From Bacteroidales bacterium (lineage in GTDB: Bacteria > Bacteroidota > Bacteroidia > Bacteroidales > VadinHA17), in contig JARKQN010000022.1 in the NCBI GenBank assembly GCA_029974835.1, positions 699 to 64,698 of the forward strand: a DNA stretch of 64,000 bases, in the 5' to 3' direction. The translations under genes were made by a program, and so were the position numbers. The notes below the pieces were generated by a model that had not been told where the DNA came from, made no database searches, and saw nothing but the letters and a program-made list of their open reading frames with translations. Shown one piece after another: positions 52,629 to 61,894 of this stretch; the stretch's first letter is position 1, and the number at the start of each line of letters is the position of its first letter.

Positions 52629-55600
52629 ATGGCCTTCCTGCATAATATTCTGACAGTCTCGCACTATGAAGCCAAAACACTCAGGAGAAGCTGGTTCTTC
52701 AGGCTGTTTTCAATAGTAGCCCTCTTCTTCCTTACAATAATCAACATCAGTATGTTCTCTCCTGTCGGAGGCGATTCCTGGGAGTTAATTTCAATTCCCT
52801 CATCGGTACCGCTGATCAACCTTTACCTTCTTAATATCGGACAGGCCATTGTTGTGATCTTTCTCGCTTCGGATTTTCTTAAGAAGGACAAGAAACTCGA
52901 TACCAATGAAGTTCTCTATACCAGGTCAATGTCAAATTTTGAATATGTTTCAGGGAAAACATGGGGAATACTCAGGCTTTTCCTTTCGCTTAACCTGGTG
53001 GTACTGCTTATCGGCCTTACCGTTAATATCATAAATAAATCAATGAAGGTAGACTTAATGTCTTACCTTGAATATATTCTTCTCATTTCCGTCCCCACAA
53101 TAGTATACAGCCTTGGACTTGCATTCATGCTTATGCTTCTTATCCGGAACCAGGCTGTCACATTCTTCATCCTGCTGGGTTACGCAGCGCTTAACATGTT
53201 TTACCTGTGGCACAGGGCGGGTTCTGTTTTCGATTTTATGGCTTTTGGTCTCCCCCTTTTCAAGTCGGGGTTGATCGGTTTTGAGAACCCGGCAGCCATC
53301 ATCTTCCAGAGGCTTATATACTTCTTCGCCGGAACAGCACTGATAATGGCGACTATTTTGATGTTCAGGAGACTGCCTCAATCGAGGCTGCAGAGGAGCG
53401 TTGCCTTTGTTCTTATGGTTTTGTCGGTTGCAGGATTCGGATACTCACTCTTTTATACAGTTGAGAACTACACGAAAAGTGCAGCCCTCAAAAGGCAGGT
53501 AATCGAGACCAACAGGCAGTACGAGAAATCAAATTTCCCCTCGGTGATAAAATCCGATATAAACCTTATCCACAAAGGCAGCATCATTGAAGCCACAGCC
53601 GGCATGATAATTAAAAATGACAATGACGTTCAGATTAATGAATACCTCTTCTCTCTTAACCCCGGACTGGAGGTAAAATCGGTACAAAAGAACGCAAAAC
53701 CCGTTGCTTTCACCACATCCGGCCATATTGTCAAAGTTTCTCCTGACAAGCCGCTTCTGCCCGGAGAATCCGATACGATAGAGATATCGTGGTCGGGAAA
53801 GATCATTGAGTCGTTCTGCTATCCCGATTACAGCGATAATATAAAAGAATACAGGTACCGCATCCAGATGGTCAATGTAAGGAAGAGACAGGCATTTCTT
53901 GATAAAGATTACGTGCTTCTGACACCCGAGGCTCACTGGTATCCGGTGGCAGGGCTTAATTACTATCCTTCCAATCCGGGAAGGATAAAGATTGATTTCA
54001 CGACCTTTTCACTGAAGGCTAAGAGCGAGACCGGGCTTAATGTTGTATCTCAGGGACTGCCGTCGGTAAGCGGTGATTATACCAGTTTCTCGGCCGGCTT
54101 TCCGCTTACAGGGCTCAGCGTGGCTATGGGGAACTACGTTGCCGATACAATCAGTGTTGATTCAATAAAGTTTATCTCGTGGCACTATCCCGGGAATGAC
54201 TATTACAGGGAGCAATTCAGGGAGCTGAAAGACACCCTGCCGAACATAATCTCAGGTTTTATGAAGGATCTGGAGTCGGGATTCGGCACTCCTTATCCTT
54301 TCAGATCATTCAGCATTCTGGAATCACCCGTGAATTTCTATTCATTTCCCAAAAGAAATACACAGACAAGGGCTGAAGTCCAGCCGTCCATGGTTATTGT
54401 ACCTGAGAAACTATCCACTATCAGGCAGGCAGGATTCGCCAAAAGGTTTGAGAGACAGAAAAAACAGATGGCCAGGAACAACCAGGTCATTACAGACAGA
54501 GACCTGAATGTAAGGATTCTGAATAACTTTCTCAGAAGCACTTTCATAAGCGGCTTTACAGTAACGGCATTTAATATTCCCCTTCTGAATGAACCAACAA
54601 GGTATCAGTTGGGGCCAAGCTTCTATTTTTTCCGCAACAATTTCTATTCGGATAAATATCCTGTTGTCAATTCTGTTTTTGAGTCACATCTGCAGAAGCT
54701 TAACACTCCAGGTCCTCCGGGAGGCGGGCCTGACCGGATCAGCGGTAATATCTCAGACAACGACATGGCAAACCTTATCTTACGTGACATCAGTTTCCGT
54801 GATCTTCTGGCGCGCAATCCGTCGCCCGACACGCTGCGTGTTGTTCTGACCATCAAGGGTGATTACCTCTTTAACCTGCTCAGGATGAATGCAGGAATAA
54901 CAGAATTTAATGAATGGTTCAAAAAATACCTCAGCGAAAACAGCTTCACCAGGGTAAATATCTTAAAGTTCAATGATGACGTTAAGAAACGGTTCGGCTT
55001 CGAATTCTATCCTCTCCTGGAAGAATGGTTTACAGGAAAAGGGCAGCCGGGATTTCTGTTCACGGATCCTGAAGCAAGCCAGGTTGTAGTGGGAGAAAGG
55101 ACCAGATACAACGTTACATTTATTGCCGGAAATCCGGAGCCGGCAGGCGGGTTGTTTAACATATCATTCCGTACCGGCGGAGGCTTTGGAGGCAGAGGAG
55201 GAGGAGGCCAGGCTATTTTTTCCATGACCATCCAGGGCGGCCGGGGCGGCGGAGGCGGAGGCCGGATGATGCAGATCTCAATGCAGGGCAGGGGAATGGA
55301 GAGTGCCGACATCTCGAAAATTGTTTACCTGGGCCCCGGCGAAGCAAAGAAAATAGGAATTGTTCTTGACAACCAGCCCCGGGCCATGCAGATTAATACC
55401 CTGTTTTCGAAAAATATTCCGGGAGATATTTCCATGACTATCCAGGAGATTAAAAAGGCCCCTCCACGTACCGCTCCTTTCGAAGGCGAACTGCTTCTGG
55501 AAAAAATGCCCTTATTCACCGACCCTGAAGAGATAATTGTGGATAATGAGGATGAAGGTTTTATCACCTCAACGGTTACAGAAACGAACAGGCTCCGAAA

Positions 55601-56171
55601 ACTCCTTGGAGTAAAAAGAAGTACCGGAACCGTATACCAGTCTGTCAACCTGTTTATGGCCCCCGATTACTGGCAGCCCGTCGTACTATCCTCATATTAT
55701 GGCAGGTACGCACGTTCGGCTGTCTATACCAGGGCCGGCGAGGGCGACAAAAGCGTGACATGGAAAGGAATTATCAGGGAACCCGGTTATTATGATGTCT
55801 ATGCCTATGTGGGGAAAGCCGGCGACAGGATAATGATAAGAGGAGTAGGCGGGCCTATGGGCAGAGGTCCGGGAGGCGGGCCGGGCGGAGCACCAGGCGG
55901 AGCACCGGGCGGAGCACCGGGAACACCTCCGGCCGGACAGGGTGGCCAGGGAAGAACCCGTGAACAGAATCCTTACCGTGACATGCATTACAAGGTATAC
56001 CACGACGACGGAGTTGAAGAAATAGTGCTCGACTGGGAAACCGCCGATCCGGGATGGAACAGGCTCGGAACCTACTACCTCTCGCCCGACACGGTTAAAG
56101 TGGAACTGAACAACAAAACCGAAGGCAGGGTGGTCATCGGCGACGCAATTAAATGGGTAATCAAGAAATGA
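52629..56171 (+). CDS. Large ABC permease fused to an M1-aminopeptidase-like domain lacking HEXXH and a C-terminal beta-sandwich (golvesin / xanthan-lyase CBD-like)
   Basis: About 7 N-terminal TM helices; FSLNPGL, WYP, KGDYLF, EEWF..G.P resemble the M1 fold; C-terminal GWNRLGTY..VELNN..DAIKW; Gly-rich inserts. Confidence 0.7.
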   Translation: MAFLHNILTVSHYEAKTLRRSWFFRLFSIVALFFLTIINISMFSPVGGDSWELISIPSSVPLINLYLLNIGQAIVVIFLASDFLKKDKKLDTNEVLYTRSMSNFEYVSGKTWGILRLFLSLNLVVLLIGLTVNIINKSMKVDLMSYLEYILLISVPTIVYSLGLAFMLMLLIRNQAVTFFILLGYAALNMFYLWHRAGSVFDFMAFGLPLFKSGLIGFENPAAIIFQRLIYFFAGTALIMATILMFRRLPQSRLQRSVAFVLMVLSVAGFGYSLFYTVENYTKSAALKRQVIETNRQYEKSNFPSVIKSDINLIHKGSIIEATAGMIIKNDNDVQINEYLFSLNPGLEVKSVQKNAKPVAFTTSGHIVKVSPDKPLLPGESDTIEISWSGKIIESFCYPDYSDNIKEYRYRIQMVNVRKRQAFLDKDYVLLTPEAHWYPVAGLNYYPSNPGRIKIDFTTFSLKAKSETGLNVVSQGLPSVSGDYTSFSAGFPLTGLSVAMGNYVADTISVDSIKFISWHYPGNDYYREQFRELKDTLPNIISGFMKDLESGFGTPYPFRSFSILESPVNFYSFPKRNTQTRAEVQPSMVIVPEKLSTIRQAGFAKRFERQKKQMARNNQVITDRDLNVRILNNFLRSTFISGFTVTAFNIPLLNEPTRYQLGPSFYFFRNNFYSDKYPVVNSVFESHLQKLNTPGPPGGGPDRISGNISDNDMANLILRDISFRDLLARNPSPDTLRVVLTIKGDYLFNLLRMNAGITEFNEWFKKYLSENSFTRVNILKFNDDVKKRFGFEFYPLLEEWFTGKGQPGFLFTDPEASQVVVGERTRYNVTFIAGNPEPAGGLFNISFRTGGGFGGRGGGGQAIFSMTIQGGRGGGGGGRMMQISMQGRGMESADISKIVYLGPGEAKKIGIVLDNQPRAMQINTLFSKNIPGDISMTIQEIKKAPPRTAPFEGELLLEKMPLFTDPEEIIVDNEDEGFITSTVTETNRLRKLLGVKRSTGTVYQSVNLFMAPDYWQPVVLSSYYGRYARSAVYTRAGEGDKSVTWKGIIREPGYYDVYAYVGKAGDRIMIRGVGGPMGRGPGGGPGGAPGGAPGGAPGTPPAGQGGQGRTREQNPYRDMHYKVYHDDGVEEIVLDWETADPGWNRLGTYYLSPDTVKVELNNKTEGRVVIGDAIKWVIKK
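55884..55919 (+). repeat. In-frame 12 bp tandem repeat x3 (GGAP)
   Basis: GGCGGAGCACCA GGCGGAGCACCG GGCGGAGCACCG. Confidence 0.9.
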
Positions 56172-56189
56172 TCTTAAAGCATAACTCCT

Positions 56190-57680
56190 ATGAAAAACTA
56201 TTTTAAAAAATGCTGCCTTAAAAAAACGGCTCTTTTCTCCGTTTTCTTTTGCATTTCGCTGGCAGTAGTGTCACAAAAAGCAATAACCCTCGAAGAGGCC
56301 CTGAAAGTGGCTGAATCGAACAGCCCTTCAATGAAAAGGACCAGGCTTAACCTGATTCGCAGCCAGGAAAACCTTAACGCTCAGAATGCCGCTCTTAAAT
56401 CAAACTTTTCACTTACAATAAATCCAATCGGATATACCCAGAGCAGGGAATTCAATGATCTTATATCAAAATGGAATTCACGGAATACGACCGAGAGTTA
56501 CGGGATGTTTACCGTCACCCAGCCTATACTTTTTACCGATGCAAGAGTATCGCTTGTCAACAGGTTCGGCTACAAGGATTCATACAGTGAATTCACAAAC
56601 ACCACGACGAAAGGCTTCAGCAACAACCTTTCCATAAGTCTCGACCAGCCTCTCTTTACATATAACCGTACAAAAATGCAGCTTAAACAGTTGCAGCTGT
56701 CGCTTGAAAATGCACAGCTGAGTTATGCACTGCAGCTGCTGTCGCTCGAAAAACAGGTTACACAGGCATTTTACTATGTTTATCAGCAGCAGCAGAGCCT
56801 TGAGATTGCAAGACAGGCATTCGTAAACATGCAGCAAAGCTATGAGATATCGAAAAACAAGGTTGACGCCGGACTATCGGCAAGGGAAGAGATGTTCCAG
56901 GCAGAGCTGAACCTCGCCACCACCAAATCGGATTATGAAAATAAGCAGGTCGCTTTTGAGAATGCCAAGGACGACTTCAAGGTCCTTATCGGAATGAGCC
57001 TTTATGAGGATTTCAATGTACTTCCCAATATTGCGGTAGATACAATACCCATCGACGTATCCTTTGCCATTGAACACGGTCTTAAAAACCGGATGGAACT
57101 GAGACAGAGGGAAATCACCATCGAGAACTCACAGTTCGACCTCATACAGACAAAAGCACTGAACGAATTCAAGGGATCTCTCGGATTATCAGTAGGCCTA
57201 TTCGGAGACAATGAAAAATTCGACAAGGTTTACGCCAACCCCACCGACAACGAATCTGTCTCCCTGCAGCTTACAATTCCCTTGTGGGACTGGGGAGAAA
57301 AGAAATCTAGGATAAAAGCCTCGGAGGCTTCCCTGGAATCGAACAGGGTTTCCCTCGATGAAGAAGAAAACAATGTAATCCTGGGCATAAGAAAAATATA
57401 CCGTAACCTTATAAATCTGCAGAACCAGATCGAAATTACAAAGAAATCCATAACAAATGCACAACTGACATATGATCTGAATCTTGAAAAATACAAGAAC
57501 GGGGATCTCACAGGTATGGATCTGAACATCTACCAGAACCAGCTTTCGGAGAAGCAGCTTTCATACACAAATGCCCTTATATCATACAAGCTGGAACTGC
57601 TGAACCTCAAGATACAGACGTTGTATGACTTTGAGAAAAAAGAGCCTGTTTCACCGGTAATGACAATAGAAAACAACTGA
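56190..57680 (+). CDS. TolC-family outer membrane factor
   Basis: Signal peptide, ITLEEAL, QPLF, IPLWDWG, helical OEP repeats. Confidence 0.9.
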   Translation: MKNYFKKCCLKKTALFSVFFCISLAVVSQKAITLEEALKVAESNSPSMKRTRLNLIRSQENLNAQNAALKSNFSLTINPIGYTQSREFNDLISKWNSRNTTESYGMFTVTQPILFTDARVSLVNRFGYKDSYSEFTNTTTKGFSNNLSISLDQPLFTYNRTKMQLKQLQLSLENAQLSYALQLLSLEKQVTQAFYYVYQQQQSLEIARQAFVNMQQSYEISKNKVDAGLSAREEMFQAELNLATTKSDYENKQVAFENAKDDFKVLIGMSLYEDFNVLPNIAVDTIPIDVSFAIEHGLKNRMELRQREITIENSQFDLIQTKALNEFKGSLGLSVGLFGDNEKFDKVYANPTDNESVSLQLTIPLWDWGEKKSRIKASEASLESNRVSLDEEENNVILGIRKIYRNLINLQNQIEITKKSITNAQLTYDLNLEKYKNGDLTGMDLNIYQNQLSEKQLSYTNALISYKLELLNLKIQTLYDFEKKEPVSPVMTIENN

Positions 57681-57709
57681 TTTCATTTAACCATATTCAA
57701 ATTTAAATC

Positions 57710-58765
57710 ATGAAAAAGAATCTTCTGCCAATAACCGCTGCTCTGATTATGCTTATCCCGGCCTGCAGGAACCAGGAACAGGGATTGACGGCCGATGTCG
57801 AGATACCTGTAACCGTTGAGGATATAAGCCTCAGATCAATAGAAGAATACGTAAGCACTACCGGGACAGTATATCCAAAGGGAGAAATAACCCTGAAATC
57901 AAAAATAACGGCTGCTTACTATCTCGAGAAGAATCCCCAGACCGGGAGACAGTGGCAGCTGGGCGACAGGATCAGGGCAGGGGCCCTTATTGCCCGCCTG
58001 GAGGACAGGGAGTTTGTACTCTCAATAAAACTCGAAACAAGCGAACTTAATCTTGAGCTTGCCGAAAGCGAACTGAAAAAACAGGAATCCCTTTATGAGA
58101 AAGGGGGTATAACCCTCAAGGACCTTAAGACAGCCAGCATAAACTATGAGAATGCAAAAACAACCGTTGAGAATGCACGTTTGCAGCTCGAAAAGACACG
58201 AATTGTCGCACCGATCGAAGGCGTGATTGTTGAACTTCCGTATTACACACAGGGGACACAGGTTGACCAGGGTTCAGTGATAGCAAAAATAATGGATTAC
58301 CAGACCATGTATATGAATGTTCAGCTTCCCGAAAAATATGCCGGCACGGTTAAACCCGAACAAAATGTAAAACTGACAAATTACACAATACCCAATGATA
58401 CACTGTATGGAAAAGTTACGCAGATTTCCCCTGCAATAAATGCCGATACAAGAACCTTCCAGGGAGTTATAACAGTAAATAACCCTCAATTGCTCCTGAG
58501 GCCCGGGATGTTTGTGAAGGCAGACATAGTAACAAGGAGGAAAGATTCTGTAATTGTAATACCCCGGAGCATAATCCTTTCACGGCAGAGAGGAAAGACA
58601 GTGTTCGTTGTAGACCGCGGGCTTGCGGTTGAAAGGATTATTGAGACCGGCCTCGAGAACCTCACCGAAGCTGAAGTAGTAAGAGGACTGAACAGAAACG
58701 AGCGCATTGTCACCTCAGGTTTCGAAACGCTCAGCAACAGGTCGAAGGTAAAAATCGTCAGATAA
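57710..58765 (+). CDS. RND periplasmic adaptor (MFP), lipoprotein
   Basis: Lipobox IPAC, IVAPIEG, LRPGMF, IVTSG. Confidence 0.9.
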   Translation: MKKNLLPITAALIMLIPACRNQEQGLTADVEIPVTVEDISLRSIEEYVSTTGTVYPKGEITLKSKITAAYYLEKNPQTGRQWQLGDRIRAGALIARLEDREFVLSIKLETSELNLELAESELKKQESLYEKGGITLKDLKTASINYENAKTTVENARLQLEKTRIVAPIEGVIVELPYYTQGTQVDQGSVIAKIMDYQTMYMNVQLPEKYAGTVKPEQNVKLTNYTIPNDTLYGKVTQISPAINADTRTFQGVITVNNPQLLLRPGMFVKADIVTRRKDSVIVIPRSIILSRQRGKTVFVVDRGLAVERIIETGLENLTEAEVVRGLNRNERIVTSGFETLSNRSKVKIVR

Positions 58766-58769
58766 TATC

Positions 58770-61700
58770 ATGAATAAGATAGCACGGTTTGCAGTTAACA
58801 ATCCCGTCACGGTTCTGATGCTTGTGGCAGGAATAGTCCTGCTGGGTTTTATTTCCTTCGGCAAGCTTGGCACTGACCTCTTCCCGAACCTCAACAACCC
58901 GAAAATTTATGTTGAGCTTAAGGCAGGTGAGAAACCTCCCGAGGAAATTGAGAAGAATTTTGTTGACCAGATCGAGTCTCTGGCATTAAGGCAAAACGGG
59001 GTTGTGGATGTATCTTCCTCCACCACCAACGGGAAAGCTTCCATTACCGTTGAGTATGAATGGAAAAAGGATATGGATGAGGCCTTCCTCGATCTGCAGA
59101 AGGAACTGAATTCTTTTGCCCAGAACTCTTCCATTGAGGATTTTACCATAACCCAGTACGACCCAAATTCCGCCCCCGTTATGGTGGTCGGACTGAAAAA
59201 TGACCGGATCACCAATATGGATGAACTCCGGAAGGTCGCTGAAAACTACATCAGGAATGAACTCATCCGTATTGACGGTGTGGCGGATGTAAAACTGTCG
59301 GGTAAGGAAGAAAGTGAAATCGTAATTGAAACAAGCAAGTATATACTTGAATCCTACGGAATTACATCCGACGCAATAGCTTCGCAGATAAGCAATTACA
59401 ACCGAAACGTTTCAGGCGGTTCGATTGTTGACATGGGAACCAAATATGTGGTAAAGGGGGTAAGCGTGCTTAAGGATATCTCCGACCTGCAGAATATAAT
59501 CGTGGGTTTTAAACAGGTTTCTTCATCAGCTTCGGCCACTCAGGCATCCCAGACTTCATCCAGAGTGCCCGTTTACCTTAAGGATGTTGCAAAGATCTAC
59601 TATGCCAACAAGGAACCCGAAAATATTGTAACAATCAACGGGGAGAGATGCATCAGTCTGTCGGTCTACAAGGAACCGAAGTACAATACCGTTGAGGCTG
59701 TCAGAAAGCTTAAGAATGAATTTGAGATTCTTTCAAAAGCACTTCCCGGTTACGAGTTCATTTATATCCAGGACCAGGGCACATACATCAGCAGTGCCAT
59801 TTCCGAAGTCCGCGACACTGCCCTTCTGGGCATACTGCTGGCCGTAATAATTATTTACGTATTCCTCAGGCGTATCGGCACCACTCTCGTAATAAGCCTT
59901 GCAATACCCATTTCGATCATTGCAACCTTTAATCTGATGTACTTCAATCACCTTACAATAAACATTATGACTCTTGGAGGGCTCGCCCTGGGAGCAGGTA
60001 TGCTGGTTGACAATGCGATTGTGGTGCTGGAAAACATTACGAGGAACCGCGAGGAAGGTATGCCGTTCATTGATTCTGTTATTACCGGTACCGGCCAGGT
60101 AGGCGGAGCAATCACTGCCTCCACGATTACCACGATAGTGGTTTTCCTGCCTATTGTATACCTTCACGGAGCTTCGGGCGAACTGTTCAAGGACCAGGCG
60201 CTCACTGTGGCATTCGCTCTCATATCTTCACTCTTTGTCGCCCTTCTTGTTATCCCCATGCTTGTCTCCTCACTCTTCAGGGAGAAGAAAGAGGCTGAGA
60301 ATCTGGCATCGCCGGTGAAATTCGGATGGTACAAAAAAGTCCTTGCAGGGATACTTGAAAGAAAAACAACAGTGGTAATTCTTGCATTTGTCATTATGGC
60401 TGCCACTGCCCTGCTGATTCCAAAACTGGGAAGTGAATTCATGCCAAAGGCGGAATCGTCCGAATTCACGGTTGAACTAAAACTGCCTGAAGGAACCAGC
60501 CTTGAAAGAACGGCGTCCACCGCCGGAATGACGGAGAATATTATCAGGGAAATCCTTGGCGAAAAAATAAAACTAATTTACACACAGGCCGGAATAACAG
60601 GGACATCAGCTTACACCCAGGCAGATGTCAATGAAGGTGAAAATAAGGCTTCCCTGAAGATAATCCTTGATGAAAAGTACACCTCACAGACTGACGAGGC
60701 GATGAAACTCATTGAGGGTTTTATCAAAAACATACCGGATGTTGAAGTCACATTCTCAAGAGAGGAAACAGCCCTTCAGACATCCCTCGGGACGACCGGC
60801 TCGCCATTTGCCCTTGAAATCTCGGGTAGCGACTACGCGGAGATAGAAAAAATCCTGAGTCAGTCAAGGGAAATCCTGGAAGATTCCGAATCACTTTACA
60901 ATTTCACCACTTCGCTTGATGAAGGAAATCCTGAGGTTGAGGTGACAATCGACAGGTTCAGGACGAGTTATTACAATGTAACCGTTGAGAGTGTGGTTAA
61001 CCAGGTTAAGAGCTACCTTTCGGGTGCCCAGGCCGGAAGCTTTGAGAAGGAAGGGGAGATGAAAGATATTACAGTAAAACTGGAAGATATAAGCCTGAAC
61101 CAGCTCAAAGACCTGATGATAACAGCAGGCTCCGTAAAAGTGCCGTTGAGCGAAATTGCAGCTATAAAAATCGTAAAAAGCCCGAGAGAAATTACCCGGC
61201 ATAATCAGTCAAGGACAGCTTACCTCTATGCAATGGTAAAAAAGAATGTTCCGTTCGACCAGGTTGTTAAACATGCACAGGAAGCCCTGAAAGTGATAAG
61301 CCTGCCTCCCGATTACAGGATCACTTTCACTGGAGAGGAGATGAAACGAAAGGAATCGATGGCAAATCTTTCCTTTGCCCTTCTTCTTGCAGTGGTGCTG
61401 GTGTTTATGGTTCTTGCCGCGCAGTTTGAATCACTGATTCAGCCTTTTGTTATTATGTTAACAATACCGCTGGCTGGCGCCGGAACCATTCTTACTTTCC
61501 TGATTCTTGGCAAATCTCTTAATATGATGGCCTATATCGGAATAATAATGCTTGGAGGTATTGCCGTCAACAATGCAATCATTCTTATCGACCGTATTAA
61601 CCAGCTAAGGGAAAGCGGCCTTGGAAAAAGAGATGCCATTCTGACAGCCGGTACTCAAAGGATAAGGCCAATTATTATGACTAGTCTTACCACCATACTG

Positions 61701-61880
61701 GCCCTCCTGCCCCTTACGCTGGGTATCGGAGAGAGTGCCTCACTCAGATCACCAATGGCAATTGCAGTCATCGGCGGGCTCTTCACTTCCACATTACTTA
61801 CGCTTGTTGTCATACCCTGCTTTTACTGGATAATCGACAGTGCCGGGGCATTCCTTACCGGGAAACAGTCTGAAGCTTAA
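58770..61880 (+). CDS. RND efflux permease (AcrB/MdtB-like)
   Basis: GMLVDNAIVVLENI, AAQFES, AVNNAIIL, RIRPIIMT, AVIGGL. Confidence 0.94.
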   Translation: MNKIARFAVNNPVTVLMLVAGIVLLGFISFGKLGTDLFPNLNNPKIYVELKAGEKPPEEIEKNFVDQIESLALRQNGVVDVSSSTTNGKASITVEYEWKKDMDEAFLDLQKELNSFAQNSSIEDFTITQYDPNSAPVMVVGLKNDRITNMDELRKVAENYIRNELIRIDGVADVKLSGKEESEIVIETSKYILESYGITSDAIASQISNYNRNVSGGSIVDMGTKYVVKGVSVLKDISDLQNIIVGFKQVSSSASATQASQTSSRVPVYLKDVAKIYYANKEPENIVTINGERCISLSVYKEPKYNTVEAVRKLKNEFEILSKALPGYEFIYIQDQGTYISSAISEVRDTALLGILLAVIIIYVFLRRIGTTLVISLAIPISIIATFNLMYFNHLTINIMTLGGLALGAGMLVDNAIVVLENITRNREEGMPFIDSVITGTGQVGGAITASTITTIVVFLPIVYLHGASGELFKDQALTVAFALISSLFVALLVIPMLVSSLFREKKEAENLASPVKFGWYKKVLAGILERKTTVVILAFVIMAATALLIPKLGSEFMPKAESSEFTVELKLPEGTSLERTASTAGMTENIIREILGEKIKLIYTQAGITGTSAYTQADVNEGENKASLKIILDEKYTSQTDEAMKLIEGFIKNIPDVEVTFSREETALQTSLGTTGSPFALEISGSDYAEIEKILSQSREILEDSESLYNFTTSLDEGNPEVEVTIDRFRTSYYNVTVESVVNQVKSYLSGAQAGSFEKEGEMKDITVKLEDISLNQLKDLMITAGSVKVPLSEIAAIKIVKSPREITRHNQSRTAYLYAMVKKNVPFDQVVKHAQEALKVISLPPDYRITFTGEEMKRKESMANLSFALLLAVVLVFMVLAAQFESLIQPFVIMLTIPLAGAGTILTFLILGKSLNMMAYIGIIMLGGIAVNNAIILIDRINQLRESGLGKRDAILTAGTQRIRPIIMTSLTTILALLPLTLGIGESASLRSPMAIAVIGGLFTSTLLTLVVIPCFYWIIDSAGAFLTGKQSEA

Positions 61881-61894
61881 CCACAGGAGGTACA

